A stretch of 64,000 nucleotides of DNA from an uncultured Acidobacteriota bacterium (GCA_963796275.1 CAWCKY010000004.1:832001-896000), one strand, 5' to 3'. Counted from the first letter of the stretch, positions 1 through 12,126 are shown. Made by a program: numbers and translations. The notes: a model not told the origin generated them from the sequence alone.

Positions 1-575
1 TTTCCCGGAAGCTTAACGTCTACATCACCACTGACCGAGTTAAACTCCATACTGCCCGCTCCGTCCGTCCCTTCCAGGCTCTGGATTTCCACTTCGACAT
101 CGCCGCTGACCGATGCCGCGTTAACCGCGCCGGCGGCGCCTTTGACTGATACATCGCCGCTGACGGATTTCGCGTGCAACTCGCCTTTCACGCTGGATAC
201 TTGAACGTCGCCGCTCACGCTCGATATCGAATCGTAGCGATAGCTTATGCCGCTCGGGACTTTGACATCGAAGCGCACGCTCACATTGCAATTACAATTC
301 TCCGGATAACGCGCGCGTACATCGACATTGTTGCCGCCGCTCGAATCTTCGATCGTCACCTGATCACGATCGGGGCCTTCCTTGTATGCAGTGACGGTGA
401 TGGTATCGCCGTTGTAACCGGTTACTGTAACATCACCTGAGATGTTGCGAATATTAACACCACCGCCCGCGCCTACCCGGTAGTTCTTCTGGAAATCCTG
501 CGCGGAGACGGATATGGTGAGTAGCAAACAAATAACACTCGCGATTGTTATTGTACGAAACAGATAGCTTTTCAT
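1..575 (-). CDS. DUF4097/adhesin-like beta-strand repeat protein, secreted (3' end runs off the window)
   Basis: Manual translation from ATG at 575: [28 protein letters not shown] (signal peptide) followed by repeated (S/N)(I/V)SGDV motifs. Absent from the ORF track because it has no stop in the window. Confidence 0.8.
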   Translation of the reverse strand, partial: MKSYLFRTITIASVICLLLTISVSAQDFQKNYRVGAGGGVNIRNISGDVTVTGYNGDTITVTAYKEGPDRDQVTIEDSSGGNNVDVRARYPENCNCNVSVRFDVKVPSGISYRYDSISSVSGDVQVSSVKGELHAKSVSGDVSVKGAAGAVNAASVSGDVEVEIQSLEGTDGAGSMEFNSVSGDVDVKLPG

Positions 576-763
576 TATGCGCACCGATCCTTTCGAGAGT
601 AGAGGTTTATAGCTCGTAACGACGTGTAAGTGGCAATAGATATCGAAAGGTTTCAGTCATCACCAAAACAACCGCAAAAAAAAAACACGAAGGGGAACGC
701 AAAAAAAGCCACAAATCTATCGTTTTGCGGCTTTTGTGTCCCCCTTTTTATGATGATTTCGGT

Positions 764-1732
764 TTATTGTAGCGGATAAGCCAGGCGCTGCTCTTTTCTG
801 AACCGATGCAATACCTTATGGACCTGGCGCGCCGTAATCCCGTCTATTTGCTGCGCCAGCGTTGTATGCAGACCGAGCTCGGGGGGATTCGGAGCCTCAA
901 GATATTGCAGGTATGCTTCCCGGATGCGTTGGGCGACCTCATCCGGCACATCACCCACGTTCGCAAATTTGCGGTCGTCGTCGTAAAGCATGTCGAGCCA
1001 TCTCGATACCTGATAGCTGGTGGCAAATCCGACCTGCTCTGCGATCATATCCGGCAGCTCGTGCAGGCGATAGCGCCCCTTCCTGAGTTCATTCCAGTAG
1101 AATTTCTCCATGATGAACTTCTGCTCGCGCGTAAGTTCTTTCGTGGGGGACAGCTCATGTTGGCTCAGCGACCACTGGTAAACGATGTCTTTAACCTGGT
1201 GGTATGGGATGGCGAGGGCACTGCTGATCGTCCTTCTGCGGCCGTTTTCAGGTCTCTCTCCTCTCCTGACATATCCCTCATAGGTTTGAATGACGCTCGC
1301 TCTCAACTCCGGAGTGATGACTACCTCGGGTTGTTGTATCCTGAGAATCATCGTGCTCACAATCGAGCGTTTCAACCAAACCTTGTCGGATATCTGTTTC
1401 ACTATTTCGGCCTGCAGGATATCCTTACCGGCATACTCATCCCGATAGATCTGCTCAATGCGCTCGCCCAGTTCCGGCGTCAGCTCCACACCCTTAGACG
1501 GCTTCCTCTCCGGCTCTTTACGAGATTTAACCGCGGACCCCACCGGTCGCGAAATTTTAGATACCGCGCGAGCAGGTGACGAGGTAGGCCTGAACACGGC
1601 CCGCGCCTGTTCCGGCGCAGATTTCGCGGGGCGCTTCTTATAACACTTCTGACATAATCGAGCCTTACGCTCCGGCGTGAAAAAGACAGAGCCGCAGCCG
1701 GCGCATTGAAGGCGAAATTTTATTCCACTCAT
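764..1732 (-). CDS. Hypothetical protein: N-terminal Zn ribbon plus four helical (HTH-like) repeats
   Basis: CAGC-x14-CQKC, a basic linker, then four ~55-60 aa modules starting LTPEL / ITPEL / LTREQ / VPDEV. Starts 10 bp after the kinase stop. Confidence 0.75.
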   Translation of the reverse strand: MSGIKFRLQCAGCGSVFFTPERKARLCQKCYKKRPAKSAPEQARAVFRPTSSPARAVSKISRPVGSAVKSRKEPERKPSKGVELTPELGERIEQIYRDEYAGKDILQAEIVKQISDKVWLKRSIVSTMILRIQQPEVVITPELRASVIQTYEGYVRRGERPENGRRRTISSALAIPYHQVKDIVYQWSLSQHELSPTKELTREQKFIMEKFYWNELRKGRYRLHELPDMIAEQVGFATSYQVSRWLDMLYDDDRKFANVGDVPDEVAQRIREAYLQYLEAPNPPELGLHTTLAQQIDGITARQVHKVLHRFRKEQRLAYPLQ

Positions 1733-1742
1733 AAATATATCC

Positions 1743-2735
1743 TTATTCGATGATCGGGATTATCAAGGCACAACTCTCTTCTTCAAAAACCCGCTTCAAT
1801 CTTCCGAACATCTCTTTATCCCTATAAGTTCCAATGATCGAGCCGCCCGAGCCGGCGAATTTGGCGGAAGCGCCAATCTCGCGTGCCAATTCAACCATCC
1901 TGATGTGTTTGGAATTGAGATTATAGATGCTTCGGCGCGTATCGAAATTCTTATTGATTAAACCCGCAAGTGCCTGGTAATCGCTTAAACAATCGCGCGC
2001 CTGTCGGGCCAGATCGGCTATCGTACTCATCGCATCGATCACCTTCGTTTCACCGCTATCATAGCGTTTGCGGATGTCATTGTGAAAGACCTCAGACGGC
2101 TCAGCCAGCTCGGTTTGATAGGCAATGTACAGGGGCGGCAAGATTCCGGGGTCGAGCGGTTCGTATATCCCGTGACCGTGCTGGCACATGTATTCGCTAT
2201 CGAAATCCATATAGACCAGCCCCTCATAAACCTGCGCGACGCGATCCTGCAAGCCGGCGCTGATTCCCAACTCGTCTTTTTCAACCGAAAGGATGAGGGC
2301 CGGTAGTATCTCTTTCGGTATCTCCACATCATAAAACCGGCAGAGAGCGCGCATCGTCGCAGTCACTATCGCGCTGGATCCGGCAAGTCCGACCTGCCGC
2401 GGAATGTTCGACGAGTAGCGCAATGAGAAACTGCCGGCCTTAAGCTCGATCTGCTTTCCCAGGCAGTACTCGGCAAATCGTTTGATCGCGGCTTTGACCA
2501 GTCGCAACCCTCCATAGTAACCGTTCAACCTGGTGTCGTGCAAAAAATCTTCTATGCTGTTGAATCGGCAGTGATCCTGCCGGGTCGGAATGATCTCCAG
2601 TTCGGGCCATTCATATATGACCACCTCGGCCGAGAAGTTTTTGACGATCAGACTGATGGTCTTACCGTGATAGCCGTCGGACGGATTGCCTATCAAGCCT
2701 GCCCGCGCATAGGCTCTGGTTTTAAAGATTCTCAC
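1743..2735 (-). CDS. GHMP-family sugar kinase, glucuronokinase-like
   Basis: [17 protein letters not shown]-terminus (plant glucuronokinase-type), [15 protein letters not shown]-binding motif, [20 protein letters not shown]. Overlaps the galU stop. Confidence 0.8.
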   Translation of the reverse strand: MRIFKTRAYARAGLIGNPSDGYHGKTISLIVKNFSAEVVIYEWPELEIIPTRQDHCRFNSIEDFLHDTRLNGYYGGLRLVKAAIKRFAEYCLGKQIELKAGSFSLRYSSNIPRQVGLAGSSAIVTATMRALCRFYDVEIPKEILPALILSVEKDELGISAGLQDRVAQVYEGLVYMDFDSEYMCQHGHGIYEPLDPGILPPLYIAYQTELAEPSEVFHNDIRKRYDSGETKVIDAMSTIADLARQARDCLSDYQALAGLINKNFDTRRSIYNLNSKHIRMVELAREIGASAKFAGSGGSIIGTYRDKEMFGRLKRVFEEESCALIIPIIE

Positions 2736-3609
2736 CTATTAACTCCTTGACGTGTTTGCGCAATCGTTCACCATAGACGGGATCGGTGAGCGCAAATTCG
2801 ATGAAGGTTTCAAAGTAGCTATCGAAATTGCCGATGTCGTAGCGTTTCTCGGTCGCGGGCAGCCGGACGCCGACGATTCGCTTGCCTTCCCCCAGCATGA
2901 GGCGGATCGCATCGGTCAATTGTATTTCGCCGCGATGATCAAAACCCGTGCGTTTGATCGCTCCGAAAAGGTCGGGCGCAAAAACGTACCGTCCTGCGAT
3001 CGCCCAATTGCTCGGCGCTTCATCGCGCCGGGGCTTCTCGACCAGATCGGTGATCCCGAACACTTCACCGCCGTCCGATTCTTTGACTATCCCGTACATC
3101 GAAACTTCGCGGGCCGGCACTTCTTCGACTGCAATGGCGCAAGCGGCCTCGTGCGCCTGGAATGCGTCGATCAACCTCTTGACGATAAGCGAAGGCTGAT
3201 GGCGGCCGATGATCGAGTCGCCCAGCGCAACGACGAACGGTTCCGTTCCGGTAAAGTTTTCCGCGCAGAGCACGGCATCGCCGAGTCCTCGCTGCCGCCG
3301 CTGGCGCGTGTAAAGAAAATGGAGACCCATACGCTCATACTCGAGCTCCTCTAGCAGGTCCTCTTTTCCGGTCTCGCGTAGCGTGCGGATCAGATCGGGA
3401 TCATCGTCGAAATGGTCTTCAATCGAGCTCTTCCCCCGCCCGGTGACGAAGAGGACACGCTTCATCCCGCACAGATGCAACTCTTCTACGATGTACTGGA
3501 CGATCGGCTTCTTCCCCACTGGAAGCATCTCTTTGGGCTGTGATTTGGTGGCCGGAAGCAATCGCGTGCCCAGACCGGCGACTGGGATGACGGCATTGTA
3601 AATATTCAT
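2722..3609 (-). CDS. galU: UTP--sugar-1-phosphate uridylyltransferase (GalU family)
   Basis: [49 protein letters not shown]. Confidence 0.92.
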   Translation of the reverse strand: MNIYNAVIPVAGLGTRLLPATKSQPKEMLPVGKKPIVQYIVEELHLCGMKRVLFVTGRGKSSIEDHFDDDPDLIRTLRETGKEDLLEELEYERMGLHFLYTRQRRQRGLGDAVLCAENFTGTEPFVVALGDSIIGRHQPSLIVKRLIDAFQAHEAACAIAVEEVPAREVSMYGIVKESDGGEVFGITDLVEKPRRDEAPSNWAIAGRYVFAPDLFGAIKRTGFDHRGEIQLTDAIRLMLGEGKRIVGVRLPATEKRYDIGNFDSYFETFIEFALTDPVYGERLRKHVKELIGENL

Positions 3610-3690
3610 AGGAATTCGCAGTTAAATATGTTAACAATTCAGCGACTCAGCCCGAGTTACATGAAAACGGGCCGCGAACCGATGCGAAAC

Positions 3691-3734
3691 GGGGGCGTAA
3701 GCGACCTGTGCCCTGGCACAGTCGGTTACACCCC
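3691..3734. repeat. Long imperfect hairpin (REP-like) in the divergent intergenic region
   Basis: GGGGCGTAAGCGACCTGTGCC-CT-GGCACAGTCGGTTACACCCC. Confidence 0.5.
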
Positions 3735-3884
3735 AACGCTGCTCTACTTATATGACTTAAGGGCCTAATTCAACTGTATCAATTCATTGAAAGCCAATGG
3801 TAATATAAGGCACGCCCCGCGGCGAGTGCCAAGAAATTGAAAGATATTAACGCTAGATTTAAGCCCTGGAGAAGACCATCCGTG

Positions 3885-5216
3885 ATGACCTCACATGCAA
3901 TAAAGAGTTATCACACACTGCTGACGAAGTCTCTGGCAGAGGATGCGGCTGAGAAGCTGATTGAGGGAACGAAGAGTCACAACCTGTTGTTTGAGGAACA
4001 GCCAGTCTGCAACGTTTTGCGGCCGGTCCTTATCACGGCCGAACAGTACGATTACATCAAGCGCGAATCCACGTTAGTGCTATCGGCGATCAGGAAGCTG
4101 GGAAAGGCGATGATGGCCGATGCCAGGCTACGCTCGATGCTGGACCTCTCTCCAATGGAGGAGCAGATCATAGCATTCGAGCCGGGTTATGGCGCGCCGG
4201 ACGCCACCGGCAGGCTCGATGCCCTCTTCGACACGCGCGGCGAATTCAACCTCGTTCGATACAACGCGGACTGCCTCGCCGGGCTGCCCTACGCCGATGT
4301 CTTATGCGAGTTATTTGTGAAGATGAAGGTCGTGCGGGAATTTTCGCGCAAGTTTCATATACGCGGCATCGAGATCAGGCCTCGGATACTTGAGATCCTG
4401 GCCAGATGCTATCGCCAGTCGAACCCCTTGCACCTGCGCGAACACATGCGCATCGCCATCGTCGACTGGAAAGATAACCTGGCGAGCCCCGAACTCGAGT
4501 TATGGCGGGAATACTTTGAATCGCACGGCTATCCGACAATCATCGCCGATCCCGACGAACTGGAGTATCGCGGAGGTTGGTTGCGCGCTGGAGATTTCGA
4601 AATCAACATCGTCTACAAACGAGTGATCACCCGCGAATTGCTGGCGCGCTGCGGAATGAATCATCCGCTCGTGCGTGCGGCGTGTGAACGTGCGGTCTGC
4701 GTCGTCAACTCGTTCCGATCGACCATGCTCGCGAAGAAAGCGATCTTCGCGTTACTCGACGATCCGGCTTATGACGACCTCTTCTCGGTCGACGAGGTCG
4801 GCGCTATCTGCCGCCACATCCCATGGACTCGCCTCCTGCGCGAGGGCATAACGACCTACCGCGGGCGTAGCATAGACCTATTGGATTTCGTCTCGACCCA
4901 TCAAAACATTCTGGCGCTGAAACCCAACGGAGACTATGGCGGTCAGGGAGAGACGATAGGATGGGAGTGCAGCAGCGAAGAGTGGGCGCGCGCAATCAAA
5001 TACTCGCTTTCAGATTCATATGTGGTTCAGGAGCGTATAGATGTTTTAAAACAATCATTCCCCGTGCTGCGGGATGGGGAGCTTAAATATGAAGACCTCA
5101 GCGTAGATTTCGATCCGTATACGTGGTGCGGCGAGGGAGTTGAAGGCGCCGGCATCAGGCTTTCGGCATTTTCAGGCCGCGGCGGATGGACAGCTCCGAT
5201 GCTCATTATTGAGTGA
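3885..5216 (+). CDS. Circularly permuted (type 2) ATP-grasp / glutathionylspermidine-synthase-like protein, possibly catalytically degenerate
   Basis: RLDAL, IAIVDW, IVYKRV, VVNSFRS, LKPNGDYGG, YVVQE. Start chosen at GTG 3882/ATG 3885 after GGAGA; the ORF is open from 3837. Confidence 0.8.
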   Translation: MTSHAIKSYHTLLTKSLAEDAAEKLIEGTKSHNLLFEEQPVCNVLRPVLITAEQYDYIKRESTLVLSAIRKLGKAMMADARLRSMLDLSPMEEQIIAFEPGYGAPDATGRLDALFDTRGEFNLVRYNADCLAGLPYADVLCELFVKMKVVREFSRKFHIRGIEIRPRILEILARCYRQSNPLHLREHMRIAIVDWKDNLASPELELWREYFESHGYPTIIADPDELEYRGGWLRAGDFEINIVYKRVITRELLARCGMNHPLVRAACERAVCVVNSFRSTMLAKKAIFALLDDPAYDDLFSVDEVGAICRHIPWTRLLREGITTYRGRSIDLLDFVSTHQNILALKPNGDYGGQGETIGWECSSEEWARAIKYSLSDSYVVQERIDVLKQSFPVLRDGELKYEDLSVDFDPYTWCGEGVEGAGIRLSAFSGRGGWTAPMLIIE

Positions 5217-5328
5217 AACAACCCGGGGACAAAATTTGGCCAAAAGAACGGTGATCGAAGCTAGCCCGGTCTCGAAAGCCTCGTCATTACTTAATACTCT
5301 TACGATTTGCTATCCGCGTTTGAGATCG

Positions 5329-6011
5329 TTTGGAGTTCCGCGTTTACGCGGTCTTTTTCTTTCGCATGATTCCAGACCGCCTGAAGGCGGTACTCCGAAC
5401 TATCGCTTGGAGTTCCGCGTTTACGCGGTCTTTTCTTTCGCATGATTCCAGACCGCCTGAAGGCGGTACTCCGAACTATCGTTTGGAGTTCCGCGTTTAC
5501 GCGGTCTTTTTTCTTTCGCATGATTCCAGACCGCCTGAAGGCGGTACTCCGAACTATCGTTTGGAGTTCCGCGTTTACGCGGTCTTTTTTCTTTCGCATG
5601 ATTCCAGATCGCCTGAAGGCGGTACTCCGAACTATCGCTTGGAGTTCCGCGTTTACGCGGTCTTTTTTCTTTCGCATGATTCCAGACCGCCTGAAGGCGG
5701 TACTCCGAACTATCGCTTGGAGTTCCGCGTTTACGCGGTCTTTTCTTTCGCATGATTCCAGACCGCCTGAAGGCGGAACTCCGAACTATCGTTTGGAGTT
5801 CCGCGTTTACGCGGTCTTTTTCTTTCGCATGATTCCAGACCGCCTGAAGGCGGAACTCCGAACTATCGTTTGGAGTTCCGCGTTTACGCGGTCTTTTTTC
5901 TTTCGCATGATTCCAGACCGCCTGAAGGCGGAACTCCGAACTATCGCGCTTGGAGTTCCGCGTTTACGCGGGCTTTTACTTTTCGATCGATTTTCTAACC
6001 GCCTGAAGGCG
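5329..6011. repeat. Tandem array of REP doublets (REPIN/BIME-like): 8 full copies and 1 degenerate copy of a 76-80 bp unit
   Basis: TGGAGTTCCG starts at 5331, 5408, 5484, 5562, 5640, 5718, 5794, 5871 and 5951. Each unit carries two inverted GGAG-foot hairpins, GGAGTTCCGCGTTTACGCGG and CCGCCTGAAGGCGG(T/A)ACTCC. The array lies between convergent genes. Confidence 0.92.
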
Positions 6012-6138
6012 CCTGTAAGGCAGCGGTAATGACGAGCCTGAAAGCCACATGCCTAAACTGCCGATATCCCGCTATCGCGGATGGCATGCGATATTTTATG
6101 CTGTCTGTCTTTTGTGAATTATGAGGTGACTTTCCGGT

Positions 6139-7494
<1,356 letters not shown>

Positions 7495-7654
7495 TTATAT
7501 GCGTCTTATATGCGTCTCACGTGGCCTCTGGTTCTTGATTATTCTATCTCATCGTGGAATACGAAAACTACCATTTACTATTGTCTGGGCTTAACCGTCA
7601 ACATAATTTTTAATAAGATCAGTCGTCAACCGAAGAAAAGGAGTCAAAAAATAT

Positions 7655-8521
7655 ATGATTTGTGTCAAATGCGGAACCAACCTGTCTGACGATGCTCGCT
7701 TTTGCAGCGTCTGCGGTTCAAATCTGGGCGCGACATCAGGAGGCAGGGCTGGCTTTCAAGGCGCGGGCGGTATCCAGATCGACAGCGACGGGCGCGGCGC
7801 CGGCCGCGGTTATAAATACGAGATTCTCCACCCTGGAGCATTCGCTCTGGCGCTCATCCAACTACAGCCGGAACAATCCATTCAGGCGGAAGCAGGCGCG
7901 ATGGTTTCGATGTCGGGAAATGTCGAATTGCAGTCGCAGATGAAAGGCGGGTTGATGGGCGCGCTCAAACGCGCGGTCGGCGGCGAATCGGCTTTCGTCT
8001 CCACCTTCACCGCGCATGGCGGGCCCGGCGAAGTGAGTTTCGCGCCCGGCGCGCCCGGAGATGTAGCGGCGATTGAGATGAATAATCAGATTTTTTACGT
8101 GCAATCGAGCTCGTACCTCGCGGGCGATATGAGCCTCCATATCGATACGCGATGGGGTGGAGCGAGATCGTTCTTCGGCGGCGAAGGACTGTTCGTCCTG
8201 CAGGTGCAGGGGTCCGGGCTCCTGCTCGTCTCGTCTTTCGGATCGATCCATCGCAAAAAACTCAATCACGGCGAACGGTATGTAGTCGATACCGGCCATC
8301 TGGTCGCGTGGGAAGGGCATATGCAATATGACCTGCGCAAAGCGTCGACCGCCGGTTGGTTCCGCAGTATGGTGAGCGGCGAAGGAATCGTGGCCGAATT
8401 TACGGGACCGGGTGAGATACTCATCCAGACGCGCAACCTGGCGGCATTCGCAGGGATACTCAAACCGTTCTTCCCATCACAATCGGGCGGCGCCGGGCTG
8501 GGAACACTATTTGGTGAGTAA
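7655..8521 (+). CDS. AIM24/TIGR00266-family protein with N-terminal Zn ribbon
   Basis: CVKCG...FCSVCG, then AEAGAMVSM, GGESAF, FFGGEGLF, VVDTGHLVAW, SGEG...FTGPG...QTRN. Confidence 0.88.
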   Translation: MICVKCGTNLSDDARFCSVCGSNLGATSGGRAGFQGAGGIQIDSDGRGAGRGYKYEILHPGAFALALIQLQPEQSIQAEAGAMVSMSGNVELQSQMKGGLMGALKRAVGGESAFVSTFTAHGGPGEVSFAPGAPGDVAAIEMNNQIFYVQSSSYLAGDMSLHIDTRWGGARSFFGGEGLFVLQVQGSGLLLVSSFGSIHRKKLNHGERYVVDTGHLVAWEGHMQYDLRKASTAGWFRSMVSGEGIVAEFTGPGEILIQTRNLAAFAGILKPFFPSQSGGAGLGTLFGE

Positions 8522-8598
8522 GCTATTCGATGAGGGAATATTGCGGATTTGCGACCATACAAAGGCATGATGGTGACAAATCCGCATTCCGTATTCAC

Positions 8599-9363
8599 TT
8601 ACCTTCTTCGTGTATTTAGTAAAAACTGAAGCAGGAAGCTGAAGAAGTTGGCAAATGAAATATAGATGCTGGCGGTATGCTGCACCGCTGCTTCCCAGGA
8701 ATTCTCGGCTTGTGATAGGCGGAAAAACTTGAGCAGGAAGAAGCCCGCGAAGACGACCATGCCGATGATCGAGTAGAGCAGATTAACCGTACGCGAGAAT
8801 CGGACGAAGATTCCAACCAACCCCACCACGATCAAGCCGATCAATGCGATGAGCAGGATGGGCATCAAAAAGCTGAAATCGAATCCCGTCACAAACACAA
8901 AAATCCCGCAGCCGAGCATCACCGCCGTGGTCCCGGTCAGAGCCTGGATGACGATGCCGGCCCCCTCTTCTCTCGCCGCGAACCCAACTAACGGTCCCAG
9001 CATCATCCCGATAACGAATCCCAAGCCCATCAGCAGAGTAGTGGCGATCAGGCCTCCACCTGCCAACGGAATAATGAATATTCCGATCATCGCCAAAATA
9101 AAAAGACCGATGGCAGCGAGCCATCCCTCGAGCCGACGTCCGACATAGGCGCCCACACCGCCCGTCGCGATCGTAAGGCTGAGCAGACACAGAACCTTCG
9201 CCATAAGCGGCGTGCTTTCAACCGGCAATGCGCGAAATCCCAGCAACATGAGAAGCAATCCCGCAAAGACAGCAATCACCAGACCTTTGATCGAATCGAG
9301 GTCCGCTTTTAATTGATCGGCAATAAATATCGAACGCCTACGAACGTATCTCTCTGTTTGCAT
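8599..9363 (-). CDS. Bax inhibitor-1/YccA-like membrane protein
   Basis: About 7-8 hydrophobic segments, GMMLGPL, IVIQALTGT, C-terminal AA...IYISFANFFSFLLQFL. Confidence 0.7.
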   Translation of the reverse strand: MQTERYVRRRSIFIADQLKADLDSIKGLVIAVFAGLLLMLLGFRALPVESTPLMAKVLCLLSLTIATGGVGAYVGRRLEGWLAAIGLFILAMIGIFIIPLAGGGLIATTLLMGLGFVIGMMLGPLVGFAAREEGAGIVIQALTGTTAVMLGCGIFVFVTGFDFSFLMPILLIALIGLIVVGLVGIFVRFSRTVNLLYSIIGMVVFAGFFLLKFFRLSQAENSWEAAVQHTASIYISFANFFSFLLQFLLNTRRR

Positions 9364-9428
9364 GCTTTTTTGTCCTCCAATCTGTAAATCAGATAGGCAA
9401 CTTATAGAAGGTAATTAAGCAAGAATCA

Positions 9429-10052
9429 TCAATCAATGAATCTGCGATCATCCAGCATCGCATTTGCCAGCAATCCCAGATATTCATTATGCGTCAGATC
9501 GATGGCACCGAAATATCCGATGTGAGTGGTTCTCTGCTGCGCATCAAGCAGATAATATCCGTGGTCTCGCAGCCTTTCGACCAAAGCGACGAGCGCTATT
9601 TGAGAAGCCGAAGTAACCCGGCTGAACATCGACTCGCCGAAGAAAGCCGATTTCATAGCGACGCCGTACAATCCGCCGACCAGGTCATCATCCTTCCAGA
9701 CCTCGACCGAATGGGCGTAATTACGGCGATGAAGTTCGAGATAGAGCGATATCATCTCATCGCTCAACCAGACCTCATCCGAATCGACCTCGCTATGACG
9801 CGCGCACGCGCGGATTACGGCCGGGAAATTAGCATTGAATTTTATCTGATAGTCTTCCTTTCGGATAACTTGCCGCAACGACCGGCGTACGCGGAACCGA
9901 TCGTCGAGTGGTATGATGGTGCGTGGTTCGGCCATAAACCACTCTATCCGCCCATATCGCCCGCGCGCCATTGGGAAGAAGCCTTGCTGATAACCTGCAA
10001 TCACCTGCTCCGGCGTGATGTTCGGTTGTAAGGCTGATTTGCGACTCTTCAT
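9429..10052 (-). CDS. aat: Leucyl/phenylalanyl-tRNA--protein transferase
   Basis: YQQGFFPMA, AHSVEVW, LVGGLYGV, FFGESMFS, LLDAQ. ATG at 10052 preferred over 10157. Confidence 0.93.
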   Translation of the reverse strand: MKSRKSALQPNITPEQVIAGYQQGFFPMARGRYGRIEWFMAEPRTIIPLDDRFRVRRSLRQVIRKEDYQIKFNANFPAVIRACARHSEVDSDEVWLSDEMISLYLELHRRNYAHSVEVWKDDDLVGGLYGVAMKSAFFGESMFSRVTSASQIALVALVERLRDHGYYLLDAQQRTTHIGYFGAIDLTHNEYLGLLANAMLDDRRFID

Positions 10053-10147
10053 GCCCAAAACATTAGCATGACAACGATTTACAAGCAAAGGAAAGGCCTG
10101 CCTCTGCCCCTTCGACTTTATCGGCGCTCGTGCTATCTTTGCCGCCG

Positions 10148-12013
10148 ATGCAACCAATATTTATCCTTATACTAACGCTTCTCCTGACATCGCCCGCGAT
10201 CCCTGCCAAGTCGGCGGCTCTGGCTCAACTGGAATTGAGTTACAGACTCTCCTTTCCCCAGCCGCACACGCATCTCTACGAGGTTACTTTTACCATCGGT
10301 AACGTCGCCGCCCCGCAGATCGATTTACACATGCCAGTATGGACGCCGGGATCATACCTGGTCCGCGAATTCGGGCGAAACGTACAGGACTTCGAAGCCA
10401 GGGATAAGAACGGCCAGCGGTTGAGATGGCAGAAAACCGACAAATCGACCTGGCGGGTCGAAGCGGGCGCAGGCAGCGGCAGCCCGAAAACTATCAGCGT
10501 CAGCTATCGCGTCTATGCGAATGAATTGACGGTCCGGACGAGCCACCTCGATTCATCTCACGCTTACTTCAACGGCGCCAGCCTGTTCATGTATGTCAAA
10601 GATGCGACCGCTCTCCCATTAAACCTCAAGATCGACGCGCCGGAGGGATGGCGCGCGACCACTCCGCTCGGGCTTGAGCCCGGGGCAAACGGGTTTTATT
10701 CCGCCCCGAATTACGACGTCCTCGTCGATTCGCCTACGGAAGTCGGTAAACACCAGGTGCTCGAGTTTACGGCGCGCGGCAAAACGCATCGGATAGCCAT
10801 CTGGGGCGATGCGGCTTATGACCCGGCAAATTTGAAAGAAGATTTCGCGAAGATCGTTGAAGAAGGCGCCCGGATGTTCGGCGGCCTGCCATACGATCAC
10901 TATACTTTCATCATACATATTCAGCCGGACATAGGCGGGGGCCTTGAGCACCTGAACTCTACTACCTGTCAGACGACGCCGCGCACTTTTGCGACGCGCC
11001 GGGGTTATCGGAATTTTCTGGGCCTGATCTCTCACGAGTACTTCCATCTCTGGAATGTGAAGCGCATCCGCCCGCTCGCTCTCGGCCCTTTCGATTACCA
11101 GCGCGAAAACTACACGCGCGCGCTCTGGGTGTCGGAAGGCATAACTGATTATTACAGTGAACAGATGCTGCGCCGCGCAGGGCTGATCAGCTCTTCCGAA
11201 TACCTCGAGGGGCTCGCCAATAACATCCTGTCATTCGAATCGACGCCGGGGCGATTGGAGCAGACAGCTGAGTCGGCGAGCTTCGATTCGTGGATCAAGT
11301 TTTACCGTCCCGATGAGAATTCGATCAATACATCGATGTCTTATTATCTGCGCGGCGATCTTCTCGGCTGGCTGCTCGATTTCGAGATTCGCTCGCGCAC
11401 GGGAGGCGCTAAGAGTCTGGATGATCTCATGCGGCTGCTTTTGGAAAACTATGGTTTACCCAAACCCGGTTTCACCGATGCCGGTTTGAAAGCAGCCTTC
11501 GAAAAGGTCGCCGGAGCTGACCTCACGGACTTTTTCAAGCGGTATGTAAACGGCAATGAAGAGATCGAATTCGATGCTTACCTGAGCAAAGCCGGCCTGC
11601 GGCTCGCTCGCGGTTATCGAGCGGCTGCAGTTGACGCAGATGGAAAAAACGGGAAGCCCGGGACGCTCGGTATTCGCACGCGGACCAACGAAGATCGTGT
11701 GATTGCCGTCAACGTGATCACCGGACTTCCGGCATATGAGGGCGGAATCAATGCGGGCGACGAACTGGTCGCGATCGACGGCAATCGGATCGGCGCAGGC
11801 AACGTCAACGAGCGCTCGAACATTCTGGAAGAATTGCGGGCGGGCCAAAATGTCACGCTCACGGTGTTCCGGCGCGAACGAATGATGAATTTCGAGCTGA
11901 CAGCAGCCGTGAAGCCGTTCGATTATTACAGGATTGTGGAAGTTAAAGAGGCCAACCCGCAGCAGATGGCATTGCGTCAGGCGTGGCTGCGCGACGAGTC
12001 GAAGAAGGAATAA
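10148..12013 (+). CDS. M61 glycyl aminopeptidase-family metallopeptidase with PDZ domain, secreted
   Basis: Signal peptide, MPVWTPGSY, GGLEHLNS, SHEYFHLWNVKR (HExxH), LWVSEG, C-terminal PDZ (GINAGDELVAIDG). Confidence 0.93.
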   Translation: MQPIFILILTLLLTSPAIPAKSAALAQLELSYRLSFPQPHTHLYEVTFTIGNVAAPQIDLHMPVWTPGSYLVREFGRNVQDFEARDKNGQRLRWQKTDKSTWRVEAGAGSGSPKTISVSYRVYANELTVRTSHLDSSHAYFNGASLFMYVKDATALPLNLKIDAPEGWRATTPLGLEPGANGFYSAPNYDVLVDSPTEVGKHQVLEFTARGKTHRIAIWGDAAYDPANLKEDFAKIVEEGARMFGGLPYDHYTFIIHIQPDIGGGLEHLNSTTCQTTPRTFATRRGYRNFLGLISHEYFHLWNVKRIRPLALGPFDYQRENYTRALWVSEGITDYYSEQMLRRAGLISSSEYLEGLANNILSFESTPGRLEQTAESASFDSWIKFYRPDENSINTSMSYYLRGDLLGWLLDFEIRSRTGGAKSLDDLMRLLLENYGLPKPGFTDAGLKAAFEKVAGADLTDFFKRYVNGNEEIEFDAYLSKAGLRLARGYRAAAVDADGKNGKPGTLGIRTRTNEDRVIAVNVITGLPAYEGGINAGDELVAIDGNRIGAGNVNERSNILEELRAGQNVTLTVFRRERMMNFELTAAVKPFDYYRIVEVKEANPQQMALRQAWLRDESKKE

Positions 12014-12020
12014 AAAATAC

Positions 12021-12122
12021 AGTTTTTAGTTTTCAGTTTTCAGTTTTCAGTCTTTTGTTCCCTCAACCCTGTGCAGTCGGGAAACCTGGAATCTGAAAAC
12101 TAGAAACTGAAAACTGAAAACT
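12021..12122. repeat. Inverted blocks of 7-bp tandem repeats, (TTTTCAG)n ... (CTGAAAA)n
   Basis: Directly visible; could form a long hairpin between co-oriented genes. Confidence 0.8.
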
Positions 12123-12126
12123 CCTC

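Noticed and set aside
5329-6011. CRISPR array
   Set aside because: The sequences between hairpins are essentially identical rather than unique spacers, and there are no cas genes in the window.
5140-6029. Repetitive ORFs on both strands (MRKKKDRVNAELQ..., MIPDRLKAVLRT...)
   Set aside because: These are translation artefacts of the REP array; the 76-80 bp units do not preserve frame.
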